Virus record (IMG/VR): IMGVR_UViG_3300042546_000155
Strand: one strand, 5' to 3'
Length of the DNA: 64,000 nt
DNA from: a virus
The notes beneath the pieces are model-generated. The model searched no databases. It saw only the letters and a list, made by a program, of their open reading frames with translations, and had not been told where the DNA came from. Shown piece by piece: positions 56,960 through 64,000 of the stretch (its first letter is position 1; the number at the start of each line of letters is the position of its first letter). The translations under genes and the position numbers were made by a program.

Positions 56960-57195
56960 TATTCTTCCTCCGGAAGATGATTAGAGAAAAAGGTGAAGAT
57001 AACCAGACGGAAGAGCCAATGTAGCATGAAAGGTGCCCAAAGCGGCGATAGAGCCGCTACCCAGGTCCAGTCATCAAGATGGCCAGTTAGTTTAAGACCG
57101 ATAAACAGTAGAGCAAGAGCATCCATGAAATTCACAGGTGCCTGACTTGGGCTCAGATTAATCACTCGCACATTTTCTAGCTTGTTCATGTTCAT
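56959..57195 (-). CDS. Small membrane protein
   Basis: LFIGLKLTG.L..W.W...LSPLW. Confidence 0.65.
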   Translation of the reverse strand: MNMNKLENVRVINLSPSQAPVNFMDALALLFIGLKLTGHLDDWTWVAALSPLWAPFMLHWLFRLVIFTFFSNHLPEEE

Positions 57196-57199
57196 CTAA

Positions 57200-57298
57200 T
57201 TACTTCCTCTTTTGACCTTTAGTCCGACGCATCTTGCGCTTTGTAGATCCTACCTTACGACGACCCTTGCGAGGTCTATTCTTATGTGGCCACGGCAT
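57200..57298 (-). CDS. Highly basic 32-aa peptide, not in ORF track
   Basis: AAGGAG SD; MPWPHKNRPRKGRRKVGSTKRKMRRTKGQKRK. Confidence 0.6.
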   Translation of the reverse strand: MPWPHKNRPRKGRRKVGSTKRKMRRTKGQKRK

Positions 57299-57301
57299 AT
57301 A

Positions 57302-57574
57302 TCACTCCTTCAATAGTTGCTTCACGGAATCAAGACGAAAGGAGCGCCAGCCACCTGCATCGATATCCCATACTGCTTGCACATTGTCATTTAGCTGCCG
57401 AGCATTCTTTGGTACCTGACCATCATACTCGGAAAGCATAGCAGGCTCAACCTGCGGAACATATAGATCGGAAAGTGTGGCTCGCATAGTGCGTTCCGTT
57501 CCGTCTGCCTTTTCAAAAACAACGGTAACAACACCGTTCTTTAGGTCTTCCTTTAGAGCATACTTATCAATCAT
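57302..57574 (-). CDS. SH3/WYL-like beta-barrel protein (DUF2693-like)
   Basis: V.FEKADGTER.M.ATL...VWDI...GWRSFR.D. Confidence 0.7.
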   Translation of the reverse strand: MIDKYALKEDLKNGVVTVVFEKADGTERTMRATLSDLYVPQVEPAMLSEYDGQVPKNARQLNDNVQAVWDIDAGGWRSFRLDSVKQLLKE

Positions 57575-57794
57575 CTTCTTTCTCCCACTCATAATCTTCA
57601 TCTGCTTCATAGACATAAACATCACAGGAAAAATCTTCGTTTACCATTTCGAGCATGGTCGTTTCGGTTTCTCCATCGGAAACTTTCGTTTCACGCAACC
57701 ATTTATCGGTACCGACACATGCATCAGCATATGACGGATAAGTTCCAATTCTAACAGTGCCTAACATAGCAGATTCGAGTTCGGATACCCACAT
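57567..57794 (-). CDS. Acidic hypothetical protein
   Basis: 75 aa, in the operon. Confidence 0.5.
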   Translation of the reverse strand: MWVSELESAMLGTVRIGTYPSYADACVGTDKWLRETKVSDGETETTMLEMVNEDFSCDVYVYEADEDYEWEKEDD

Positions 57795-57797
57795 GCT

Positions 57798-58025
57798 TTA
57801 GTTTCCTTCGCTGAACAATTTTTCTAACTCATTATAGCCCCCAATATACTTTTTGTCAAGTGTTATTATTGGGAAAGTTCGAGCGTCAGGAAACATTTCC
57901 AGGATAGTATCCCGATCAAAATCCTTACCGAGTTTATACTCAGTAAATTCCTTGGCCTTTAGTTTCAGTAGTGTTCTCGCTTTATCGCAAAACACACACT
58001 GGTCTTTTGAATACACTGTAATCAT
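57798..58025 (-). CDS. Glutaredoxin
   Basis: VYSK..CVFC, RTFP.I, IGGY.EL. Confidence 0.9.
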   Translation of the reverse strand: MITVYSKDQCVFCDKARTLLKLKAKEFTEYKLGKDFDRDTILEMFPDARTFPIITLDKKYIGGYNELEKLFSEGN

Positions 58026-58031
58026 TCTTCC

Positions 58032-58430
58032 TCACTTCTTTTTCACATGGGACTTTCTAACTCGCACCATAATCCATTCGTTATAGTATTGCTCGGAGAT
58101 TAGCGCATCCCTATCAAACTGTTCCTTAGCCTCATAATACGACGCTTCGCCTTTGCTCTTACATAGACGGATGATTTCTCGGGTGAACTTCTCCTTACCG
58201 AAGATTTCCACGTGGTGTAAAAGTTCTTTATTGCTGCCATAGTAATCCTGCCAATCGGAGTCGACCTGCTTCTTTACTCGCTTACCTTTCTTCTTGGTAG
58301 TGCGAGTGAATTTGAATAGTTTCTTCCCAATATATTTTCGCCCTGTAGGAACACAGGTGATGCAATATACGAAAGCTTGATAGCCTTCTGGGATTTCTTC
58401 TAAGGGTTTGTTCTCGTATGTCCATGTCAT
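58032..58430 (-). CDS. GIY-YIG endonuclease II (DenA-like)
   Basis: FVYCIT...TGRKYIGKK, SDWQDYYGS, F.REI..LC, YYN.WI. Confidence 0.75.
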   Translation of the reverse strand: MTWTYENKPLEEIPEGYQAFVYCITCVPTGRKYIGKKLFKFTRTTKKKGKRVKKQVDSDWQDYYGSNKELLHHVEIFGKEKFTREIIRLCKSKGEASYYEAKEQFDRDALISEQYYNEWIMVRVRKSHVKKK

Positions 58431-58442
58431 ACGAGTATATAG

Positions 58443-58661
58443 TTATTCTTCGTAGTCTTCTATTTCAGGCGGAAACTTCTCGTTAAACACCTCATCAAAT
58501 GCTGGATCGATATCAAGATAGCCGTCCATGCCTTTGATATCAAACTCCTCAAGCACTTCTAAAAGAACCCTATAGACTTGTTCCCTTTCTAGAATGCCAA
58601 CATCGCTTTCAACTAACTGTTCAATAAACTGTCCAAATATTGCGGCTCGTTCTCCTGCCAT
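58443..58661 (-). CDS. Acidic hypothetical protein
   Basis: 72 aa, coupled. Confidence 0.55.
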   Translation of the reverse strand: MAGERAAIFGQFIEQLVESDVGILEREQVYRVLLEVLEEFDIKGMDGYLDIDPAFDEVFNEKFPPEIEDYEE

Positions 58662-59005
58662 CAGTCTTTATCCTTTCTGAAATAGGACATATAGGCTTGG
58701 AACGAATCTACCATTATATTATAACCGATGTTGGTTATCATCAAAATATTTCTGTACCACATATGAGTGGTACTCCTTGCCAGTATGTCTGGATCTTTTT
58801 CTTTTTTCTTTCGTTTAAATTTCTTTCGTAATAATGTTTTGTCACTTATCATATTCTCGATGTATTGTGTTCTTTTTTCATTCAATACTTGTAGAGTGAG
58901 CAAGGTGGGATCAGGACCCATCACCCTCCTTGCCTTTCTCATTTTCTTTGCTAAGTGTCTAGCAATATGCAACTGTTCATGTAAAATTTCATCCAGTTCA
59001 TTCAT
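58661..59005 (-). CDS. Hypothetical protein
   Basis: 114 aa, coupled. Confidence 0.55.
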   Translation of the reverse strand: MNELDEILHEQLHIARHLAKKMRKARRVMGPDPTLLTLQVLNEKRTQYIENMISDKTLLRKKFKRKKKEKDPDILARSTTHMWYRNILMITNIGYNIMVDSFQAYMSYFRKDKD

Positions 59006-59367
59006 AAAAGGTCCATTGTGAATAATGCACGAACATACTTGTTAGCATCGAACACAATTCGGTTTCTTGCGAATACAACGAAACCAAAGTCGCCCTTGCT
59101 CATTGCTTCATTCATGCTTGTGCCAGTTGTCCATACATCGTCAACAACCAGACGAATAGGGTTCTTAGGGTCAGCATACTTTTCTAATGCTTTGGCTAGC
59201 TTCTCTCCTCCACGAGGAATACCATATACACGACCAAACTGGGTGCGTTCGCTAATCATCTTAGCAAGACATTCCCAATCTTCATCTGTCAAGGCGTCAC
59301 ACTCAATCTTCCAATCAAGTTCCTTGCCAGCATGTGAGGTGAATTTGCCGAGTTGAAATAGGTTCAT
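59002..59367 (-). CDS. Type I phosphoribosyltransferase-like protein
   Basis: GIPRGG and LVVDDVWTTGTS PRPP-binding loop. Confidence 0.75.
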   Translation of the reverse strand: MNLFQLGKFTSHAGKELDWKIECDALTDEDWECLAKMISERTQFGRVYGIPRGGEKLAKALEKYADPKNPIRLVVDDVWTTGTSMNEAMSKGDFGFVVFARNRIVFDANKYVRALFTMDLL

Positions 59368-59720
59368 TGGTTCTGCCCCTTTAGTGTAAAAAGAATCTTT
59401 CTAAATTTGTCTGAAACTTCATAGTTCTTCTGCGAACGATACTCTTGCATATATGCCTCTGAAAGAGCTATCACCATTTGGATGATTTTGTCTGTATCAG
59501 TAATCTTTTGTTCCGCCAGAGAAACTATTCGGTTCAAGTCAACCTTTTCACCTAGGTCTGCAAGACCATTCTGATATTGCGAGAGAAGATGCCTGCCATC
59601 TTCGGCAAGTATCTCTTGCTTTCTTTGTAAAAGGTCATCACGGTAATGGGTTTCCTCATTGACGCCATTCATAATAGCATTTAGAGTTACCCAATCACGC
59701 AATTTTTGTTTCCATGTCAT
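59364..59720 (-). CDS. Hypothetical protein
   Basis: 118 aa, ATGA-coupled. Confidence 0.55.
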   Translation of the reverse strand: MTWKQKLRDWVTLNAIMNGVNEETHYRDDLLQRKQEILAEDGRHLLSQYQNGLADLGEKVDLNRIVSLAEQKITDTDKIIQMVIALSEAYMQEYRSQKNYEVSDKFRKILFTLKGQNQ

Positions 59721-60115
59721 GGTACAATCCTAATTGTTGTATCGGGATCCTGCTTTACGATCTGATATAGAGTAGCAGCATTCCCTGGAGAAAGGCGAAC
59801 GCAGCCGTGAGAAGCGGGTCTGCCCAAAGCACCAACATGAGGAGTAGCGTGAATTGCATAACCACCGCTAAAAAAGATAGAGTGAGGCATTGGGGCATTG
59901 TCGAACTTCTTTGAGTAGTGCATTAGTTGAAGGGAGTAGGGGCGGAAAGTTCCAGTAGGTGTATAATAACCTCGGCGGGCAGTTGAGACGGGCCATTGAT
60001 ACGACCCATAATCACTATCAACCTGCATCAACTGGTGAGACTTGCTGATGGTGATATCTGTCTGTGCCATAGCTGGTGTTGTTAGTAGCATTGCTGCAAT
60101 AAGTAGTTTCTTCAT
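59717..60115 (-). CDS. L,D-transpeptidase (YkuD family) with signal peptide
   Basis: Start MKKLLIAAMLLTTPAMA; WPVSTAR...TP.G, AIHAT...LG.PASHGCVRL. Confidence 0.88.
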   Translation of the reverse strand: MKKLLIAAMLLTTPAMAQTDITISKSHQLMQVDSDYGSYQWPVSTARRGYYTPTGTFRPYSLQLMHYSKKFDNAPMPHSIFFSGGYAIHATPHVGALGRPASHGCVRLSPGNAATLYQIVKQDPDTTIRIVP

Positions 60116-60137
60116 TTCACTTTCTCCATTTTCTTCT

Positions 60138-60386
60138 CTATTTACGATATTTGTCCATAATTGCATTGGCATCATCGTTATGTTGTTGAGCCATTTTTCT
60201 GTGGTGATCCTGAGATATAGGACTCTTAGTGCCCTTTGCTTTAGCGAGTCTATTTGCTTCCATATTTCTAAGAGAAATATATTTTCTTCTATCATTAGAA
60301 TCTGTAATCGACTTAGATTCTTCATCTAAACTTTCTTCCCTAAGAGAACGGAACTTTTCTATGAAACTTTCTTTGATATCGGACAT
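60138..60386 (-). CDS. Hypothetical protein
   Basis: 82 aa, TAGGA SD. Confidence 0.55.
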   Translation of the reverse strand: MSDIKESFIEKFRSLREESLDEESKSITDSNDRRKYISLRNMEANRLAKAKGTKSPISQDHHRKMAQQHNDDANAIMDKYRK

Positions 60387-60400
60387 TTGTAAATCCTATG

Positions 60401-60486
60401 TTTGCTAAATAGAGGTGTAGGTCACAGGGCCGCATACCCTCACCTACTCTAACGCTAACTTGGAGCGCCAGCATGTCTATTTATAG
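60401..60486 (+). promoter_or_regulatory. Structured endonuclease leader, copy A
   Basis: TTTGCTAAATAG...GTAGGT-CAC-AGGG..CCCT-C-ACCTAC-TCTAAC-GCT..GGAGC-GCCAGC-ATGTCTATTTAT. Confidence 0.7.
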
Positions 60487-61123
60487 ATCCCATCAACCAC
60501 AGCGTCTAAATCAACCGAACGGTATGATTCCTCTTCCAAGCAAGGAAGAGTTCCTCCACCTATACCAAGACCAAAACAAATCCCGACAAGAGTTAGCATT
60601 ATACTACAAAGTTCATAAAGGTACAATAGACAACTGGTGTAAAAAGTTTGGTGTAAAGAAAACCAAACAGCAACAGATTGACTTGGCATTACGGAATACT
60701 CCAAAGTTTAACAAAAGGAATGGAAAGTATAGTGAAAGTATTTTCCGCAAACGACCATATCTAAAAGACAAACCTGCCACATTCTACATCATTAGAGTTT
60801 ATAATGATACGGAATCATTTTATAAGTTTGGTATTACCATACACGACGCCAAAACAAGATACAAAGGCCGGTTTAGACAATACAAGTATGAAGTAATAGA
60901 AGAAAAGAAAATGTGTCTGTATGATGCCTTTCTTTTAGAATCCGCTTGCGTAGATTACAAGAACTCTAACAGACACATTTCTTATGAACCTCTACATCAT
61001 TTTGAGGGACATACCGAGTGTGTTAGATGTCACACCCTCCTGCCGAACAAGCCAGGTTTTGCACGCCTTCCGTCTCATCCTCAAACTCTTGGAGAGTGTC
61101 CCAGTCCAAATGGGTTGGGATAG
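60473..61123 (+). CDS. Putative free-standing homing endonuclease (HTH plus GIY-YIG-like domain)
   Basis: SRQELA..Y.V...TI.NW.KKFG (HTH); FYIIR....E.FYKFGIT....RY...E...F.GHTEC; antisense to the surrounding genes. Confidence 0.65.
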   Translation: MSIYRSHQPQRLNQPNGMIPLPSKEEFLHLYQDQNKSRQELALYYKVHKGTIDNWCKKFGVKKTKQQQIDLALRNTPKFNKRNGKYSESIFRKRPYLKDKPATFYIIRVYNDTESFYKFGITIHDAKTRYKGRFRQYKYEVIEEKKMCLYDAFLLESACVDYKNSNRHISYEPLHHFEGHTECVRCHTLLPNKPGFARLPSHPQTLGECPSPNGLG

Positions 61124-62915
61124 TTGGCAACATTGCTTCGTAAAGGTCTTTACTGATTTCTTCATAGGGTGCCTGGCGGTAACTGCCTCCATCATAAGGT
61201 AAGAACGAAACGCCGGACATTTCATCAAAGTGTTCGTAAACCCAAGCACCGACCTTCATCCATTCTTCTTCTTTGACATTGATGGTAACAGATGGCTTAT
61301 GTTCTGCCCATGCTTCCTGATAGACGGCCCATAGTTCCAGGTGCTTGATAGCGTCAATATCATCACGAACAACTGCACCCTTTGGTGCTTTCATTGGGAA
61401 AGAGAATACAGTTGTGGAGTCTGGCTTCATAACATCTGGCTCCCATGGCACACCCTTGTCCTTCATGAACTGTGTTAGTGGATCCTTGTTATCAGCACGG
61501 ACACGACGAATATAATATTGGCTATGGCGAGGATGAATACCAGAAGCCGAGTCACATAACTGAGATACTGTTCCAGAGGGCTTAACACAAGTAATAGCAG
61601 CAGCAGGATTAATCCCAAGTTTATCAGCGAGAACATTGTTTACCTCAACAGCATAGTCACGGAGAGAAGCAAGGCGTTCTTTGATGCCCTTGTCCTCTGG
61701 ATTGTTGAATAGTTTGGAGTCATAGATGCCTGTAAGAGAAACACCAAGTAGTCTTTCTTCTTCGGCGTTCTTAACCCAAATCTTTCTTAGATACGGGAAA
61801 TCAGTGAGAGTAGATTGGAAAGTACCGAGAATAGTAGCAACCTCAATCTTTTCTTTAATCTGTTCAATGGTGTCTGCGGCTCTGATAACCACTTCCGTGA
61901 GGTTGCAAAATCCATATGGTCTAAGGATGATTTCGCTACACGGATTTGTGCCGAATAACTGATCATGATTGCGTCTTCCGTTTCTTTTGGCAATTTTCTG
62001 ACATGCTTCACGACTAAATAATCCTCTCTCTCCTGATTTGCTTTCGTATAGTGAAACCCATTCGGACATGAATGAACCAATTTCTGGCTTCTCATTATAG
62101 ACCGCAGAGTTATTAGACAATGCCCTCTGTGGATTTGCTTCCCACCAACTTCCTGATTTACAATGTCTCATTCTATCGTCGCTAAGGTTAGACAAACTAA
62201 TCATAGCGGAACGACGAACACCACCAACGACCACTACCTCTCCAATTTTACACATTAGGTCATGACATTCCAGCGAAGTCAATCTACGGCCATGGGCATG
62301 TTTGAATGTTCTAACAAAGAACTTGAATAGTTCTGATAGTGGTTCAGGACCAGAAGAACGACCACCAAATGTTTTCAGTGGAGCACCAGCAGGTCTTACC
62401 TTTGATAGATCCCATTTTGGAATTTCTCCCGCATACAATAGAGAGATAAGCATACGAAGTGACTTAGCCCAACCTTCTTTGCTATCACGCACGGAGATAA
62501 TCGTCTCCGAATCAAATAACTTTTCAGGAATCTCCGGTAACTGATTGATGAATTGTCTTTCAACCGAGAACCCTACACCTGTACCGCACAAGAGGATAAA
62601 CATGGCTTCATCAAATGCTTTCGGATCATCAATAGGCAAGAATGAGCAGTTGTATCCGCAGGTATTGTCCCTTTCCAAGGCTTTACCAGCAGTCATCATC
62701 GCTCTCATAGAAGGCATAACCTTCATGTCACGAATAGACTCAAAGATACGACTACGCATAGGCTTCAAATCATAGTTATAGTTTTTTTGAAGATGGTTTT
62801 CCATAAAATCCAAATAACGATTTATGGTTTCTTCCCAGTTCTCTCTACGATTATGTTCTGGTAGATATCTGCTATAGCGGCTTCGGTGTATAAATTCCTG
62901 ATATAATGTATCCAT
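61023..62915 (-). CDS. nrdJ: Class II (adenosylcobalamin-dependent) ribonucleotide reductase
   Basis: YNCSF, GTGVGF, GGVRRSA, TNPCSEI, CNLTEV, VKPSGTVS, C-terminal ACSAGGC; no beta-subunit gene adjacent. Confidence 0.9.
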   Translation of the reverse strand: MDTLYQEFIHRSRYSRYLPEHNRRENWEETINRYLDFMENHLQKNYNYDLKPMRSRIFESIRDMKVMPSMRAMMTAGKALERDNTCGYNCSFLPIDDPKAFDEAMFILLCGTGVGFSVERQFINQLPEIPEKLFDSETIISVRDSKEGWAKSLRMLISLLYAGEIPKWDLSKVRPAGAPLKTFGGRSSGPEPLSELFKFFVRTFKHAHGRRLTSLECHDLMCKIGEVVVVGGVRRSAMISLSNLSDDRMRHCKSGSWWEANPQRALSNNSAVYNEKPEIGSFMSEWVSLYESKSGERGLFSREACQKIAKRNGRRNHDQLFGTNPCSEIILRPYGFCNLTEVVIRAADTIEQIKEKIEVATILGTFQSTLTDFPYLRKIWVKNAEEERLLGVSLTGIYDSKLFNNPEDKGIKERLASLRDYAVEVNNVLADKLGINPAAAITCVKPSGTVSQLCDSASGIHPRHSQYYIRRVRADNKDPLTQFMKDKGVPWEPDVMKPDSTTVFSFPMKAPKGAVVRDDIDAIKHLELWAVYQEAWAEHKPSVTINVKEEEWMKVGAWVYEHFDEMSGVSFLPYDGGSYRQAPYEEISKDLYEAMLPTIPTHLDWDTLQEFEDETEGVQNLACSAGGCDI

Positions 62916-62917
62916 TC

Positions 62918-63475
62918 TTACTTCCTCTTACAATCTTTCCCGTGACCCCATTTTATAAAGTTAGGTCCACTCATTACTTTACCACAAACAGGACATTCCT
63001 TTTTGATTTGAAAATTATGTGTTCCTTCTTTCAATCTTCTATGTGAAGGATTGTTTTCACCTAAAAAGTTATGCGACCCATTTACAACTCTCTTTTTGGC
63101 ATTTTCTGTCTGCCATTCGGAACTAACGAAGATGTGTTCTCCATTTTCAACCAATCTTCTTTGCGTTTTACTTTGAATGTATCCGCCATAAAAATTGTGT
63201 GTTCCGTTTTCTAATCTTTCTTTGTTAGAAAGACGTCCCAACTCCGATTGCTCTTGTGGTGTTAGGCTCAATCGTTTAGTTATCTTATAACAGGCACCGT
63301 AGTCACCATTTATCCAATGCTCCCAGAAATGGTCAACAACAGATAATGCTACAAGATTAGACAACTCGTTATTGTTATGATTGCCATCTATGTGATGAAT
63401 ATCATAACTTCTGCCTTCGGAATCTTTTGGAATAGGACCGTGAGCCTGCTCATACAGGCGACGATAAATAGACAT
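62918..63475 (-). CDS. HNH homing endonuclease
   Basis: Start MSIYRR at 63475; YDIHHIDGNH.NN..SNL.AL...DH; repeated NGTHNF units; C-terminal CPVCG. Confidence 0.85.
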   Translation of the reverse strand: MSIYRRLYEQAHGPIPKDSEGRSYDIHHIDGNHNNNELSNLVALSVVDHFWEHWINGDYGACYKITKRLSLTPQEQSELGRLSNKERLENGTHNFYGGYIQSKTQRRLVENGEHIFVSSEWQTENAKKRVVNGSHNFLGENNPSHRRLKEGTHNFQIKKECPVCGKVMSGPNFIKWGHGKDCKRK

Positions 63476-63545
63476 GCTGGCACTCCCTAAAAGTGTTAGA
63501 GTCCGTGGAGTTCGTACCTCGTGACGGACAACACTATTTAGCAAA
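63464..63545 (-). promoter_or_regulatory. Structured endonuclease leader, copy B
   Basis: TTTGCTAAATAG...GTCCGT-CAC-GAG..CTC-C-ACGGAC-TCTAAC-ACT..GGAGT-GCCAGC-ATGTCTATTTAT. Confidence 0.7.
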
Positions 63546-63554
63546 CCAGCATTT

Positions 63555-63752
63555 TCACTCATGACCAGAATCCTTATTCTGCATAGTAATAGCCCACTCA
63601 GTGAGGTCTTTGTCAAACTCCTTGACCAACGTATCATGAAGTTCTTTTTCAGGGTCAATGCCACATATGCTTTTCAAATCCTTGATCAGTTCTTGTGATA
63701 TCTCGGTCTTATATGTAAGAGTAAGACCATCCCATTCAAACTTACCTATCAT
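63555..63752 (-). CDS. Hypothetical protein
   Basis: MIGKF start, ATGA-coupled to thyX; EL..DLK...GID.EKEL resembles the gp23 C-terminal motif. Confidence 0.5.
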   Translation of the reverse strand: MIGKFEWDGLTLTYKTEISQELIKDLKSICGIDPEKELHDTLVKEFDKDLTEWAITMQNKDSGHE

Positions 63753-64000
63753 GACCAAAACTTCCACCACCATGACTTAGGTTTATCATCTGTCACATAT
63801 AGATCATCTAGATTATCGTAAAGAACTTTCTCAAATTCCTTCCCTAATAGTTGTTGTTTGAAAGCAAGTTCATCATAACCAGTTAATGCGCCTTCTGGAT
63901 ACCAATACTCTTTCAATGACGGGAAGTGTTTTAGAATCTCTTCCTGTGCAGCAAGAGCAACCTGACGGTGTTCTTTCTGTGTGCCTGCTTCGGCTCTAAC
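63749..64000 (-). CDS. thyX: Flavin-dependent thymidylate synthase, C-terminal part (start outside the window)
   Basis: VRAEAGTQKEHRQVA...IL..FP matches the ThyX C-terminus; lies next to nrdJ. Confidence 0.7.
   Translation of the reverse strand, partial: VRAEAGTQKEHRQVALAAQEEILKHFPSLKEYWYPEGALTGYDELAFKQQLLGKEFEKVLYDNLDDLYVTDDKPKSWWWKFWS

Noticed and set aside
61023-62915. Intron or intein in nrdJ
   Set aside because: The ORF is continuous and compact (630 aa) with no splicing motifs; both endonucleases are free-standing.
40645-63664. Long N-terminal extensions in track ORFs (phoH from 41592, and starts at 56772, 60325, 63664, 51778)
   Set aside because: They overlap upstream genes or promoters; internal starts with SDs and family-typical N-termini fit better.

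Overview
A 64-kb segment of a large T4-like myovirus genome. The host is probably an alphaproteobacterium, judged from the tmRNA type and tag, the L,D-transpeptidase and RegA/PrrA-like boxes. 1-33.9 kb is the tail-fibre/baseplate module: repeat-rich fibres, a DUF4815-like protein, gp8, gp7, gp6, gp25, an apparently split gp5, gp27-like, gp53, gp2 and gp4 on the - strand, then gp48/54/26/51 and a two-domain murein hydrolase on the + strand. 33.9-46.7 kb holds replication and accessory genes (gp32, gp59, gp33, exonuclease, PhoH, DNA ligase). 46.7-53.1 kb is an early/accessory region with sigma70 promoters, RtcB and an RM-like pair. 53.1-64 kb holds RNase H, glutaredoxin, endonuclease II, an L,D-transpeptidase, NrdJ and the end of ThyX. 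Top observation: a circularly permuted (two-piece) tmRNA gene (37.3-38.0 kb, - strand) whose 492-nt intervening segment is almost filled by an HNH endonuclease gene with its own late promoter and RBS-sequestering hairpin. Also notable: an unannotated ArfA-like ORF next to rtcB, suggesting a phage ribosome-rescue/RNA-repair toolkit; a covarying structured leader shared by two unrelated endonuclease genes flanking nrdJ; and a helically phased TGCGACA-N3-TGTCGCA box at four early promoters. All calls are by-eye motif recognition; no database searches were run.
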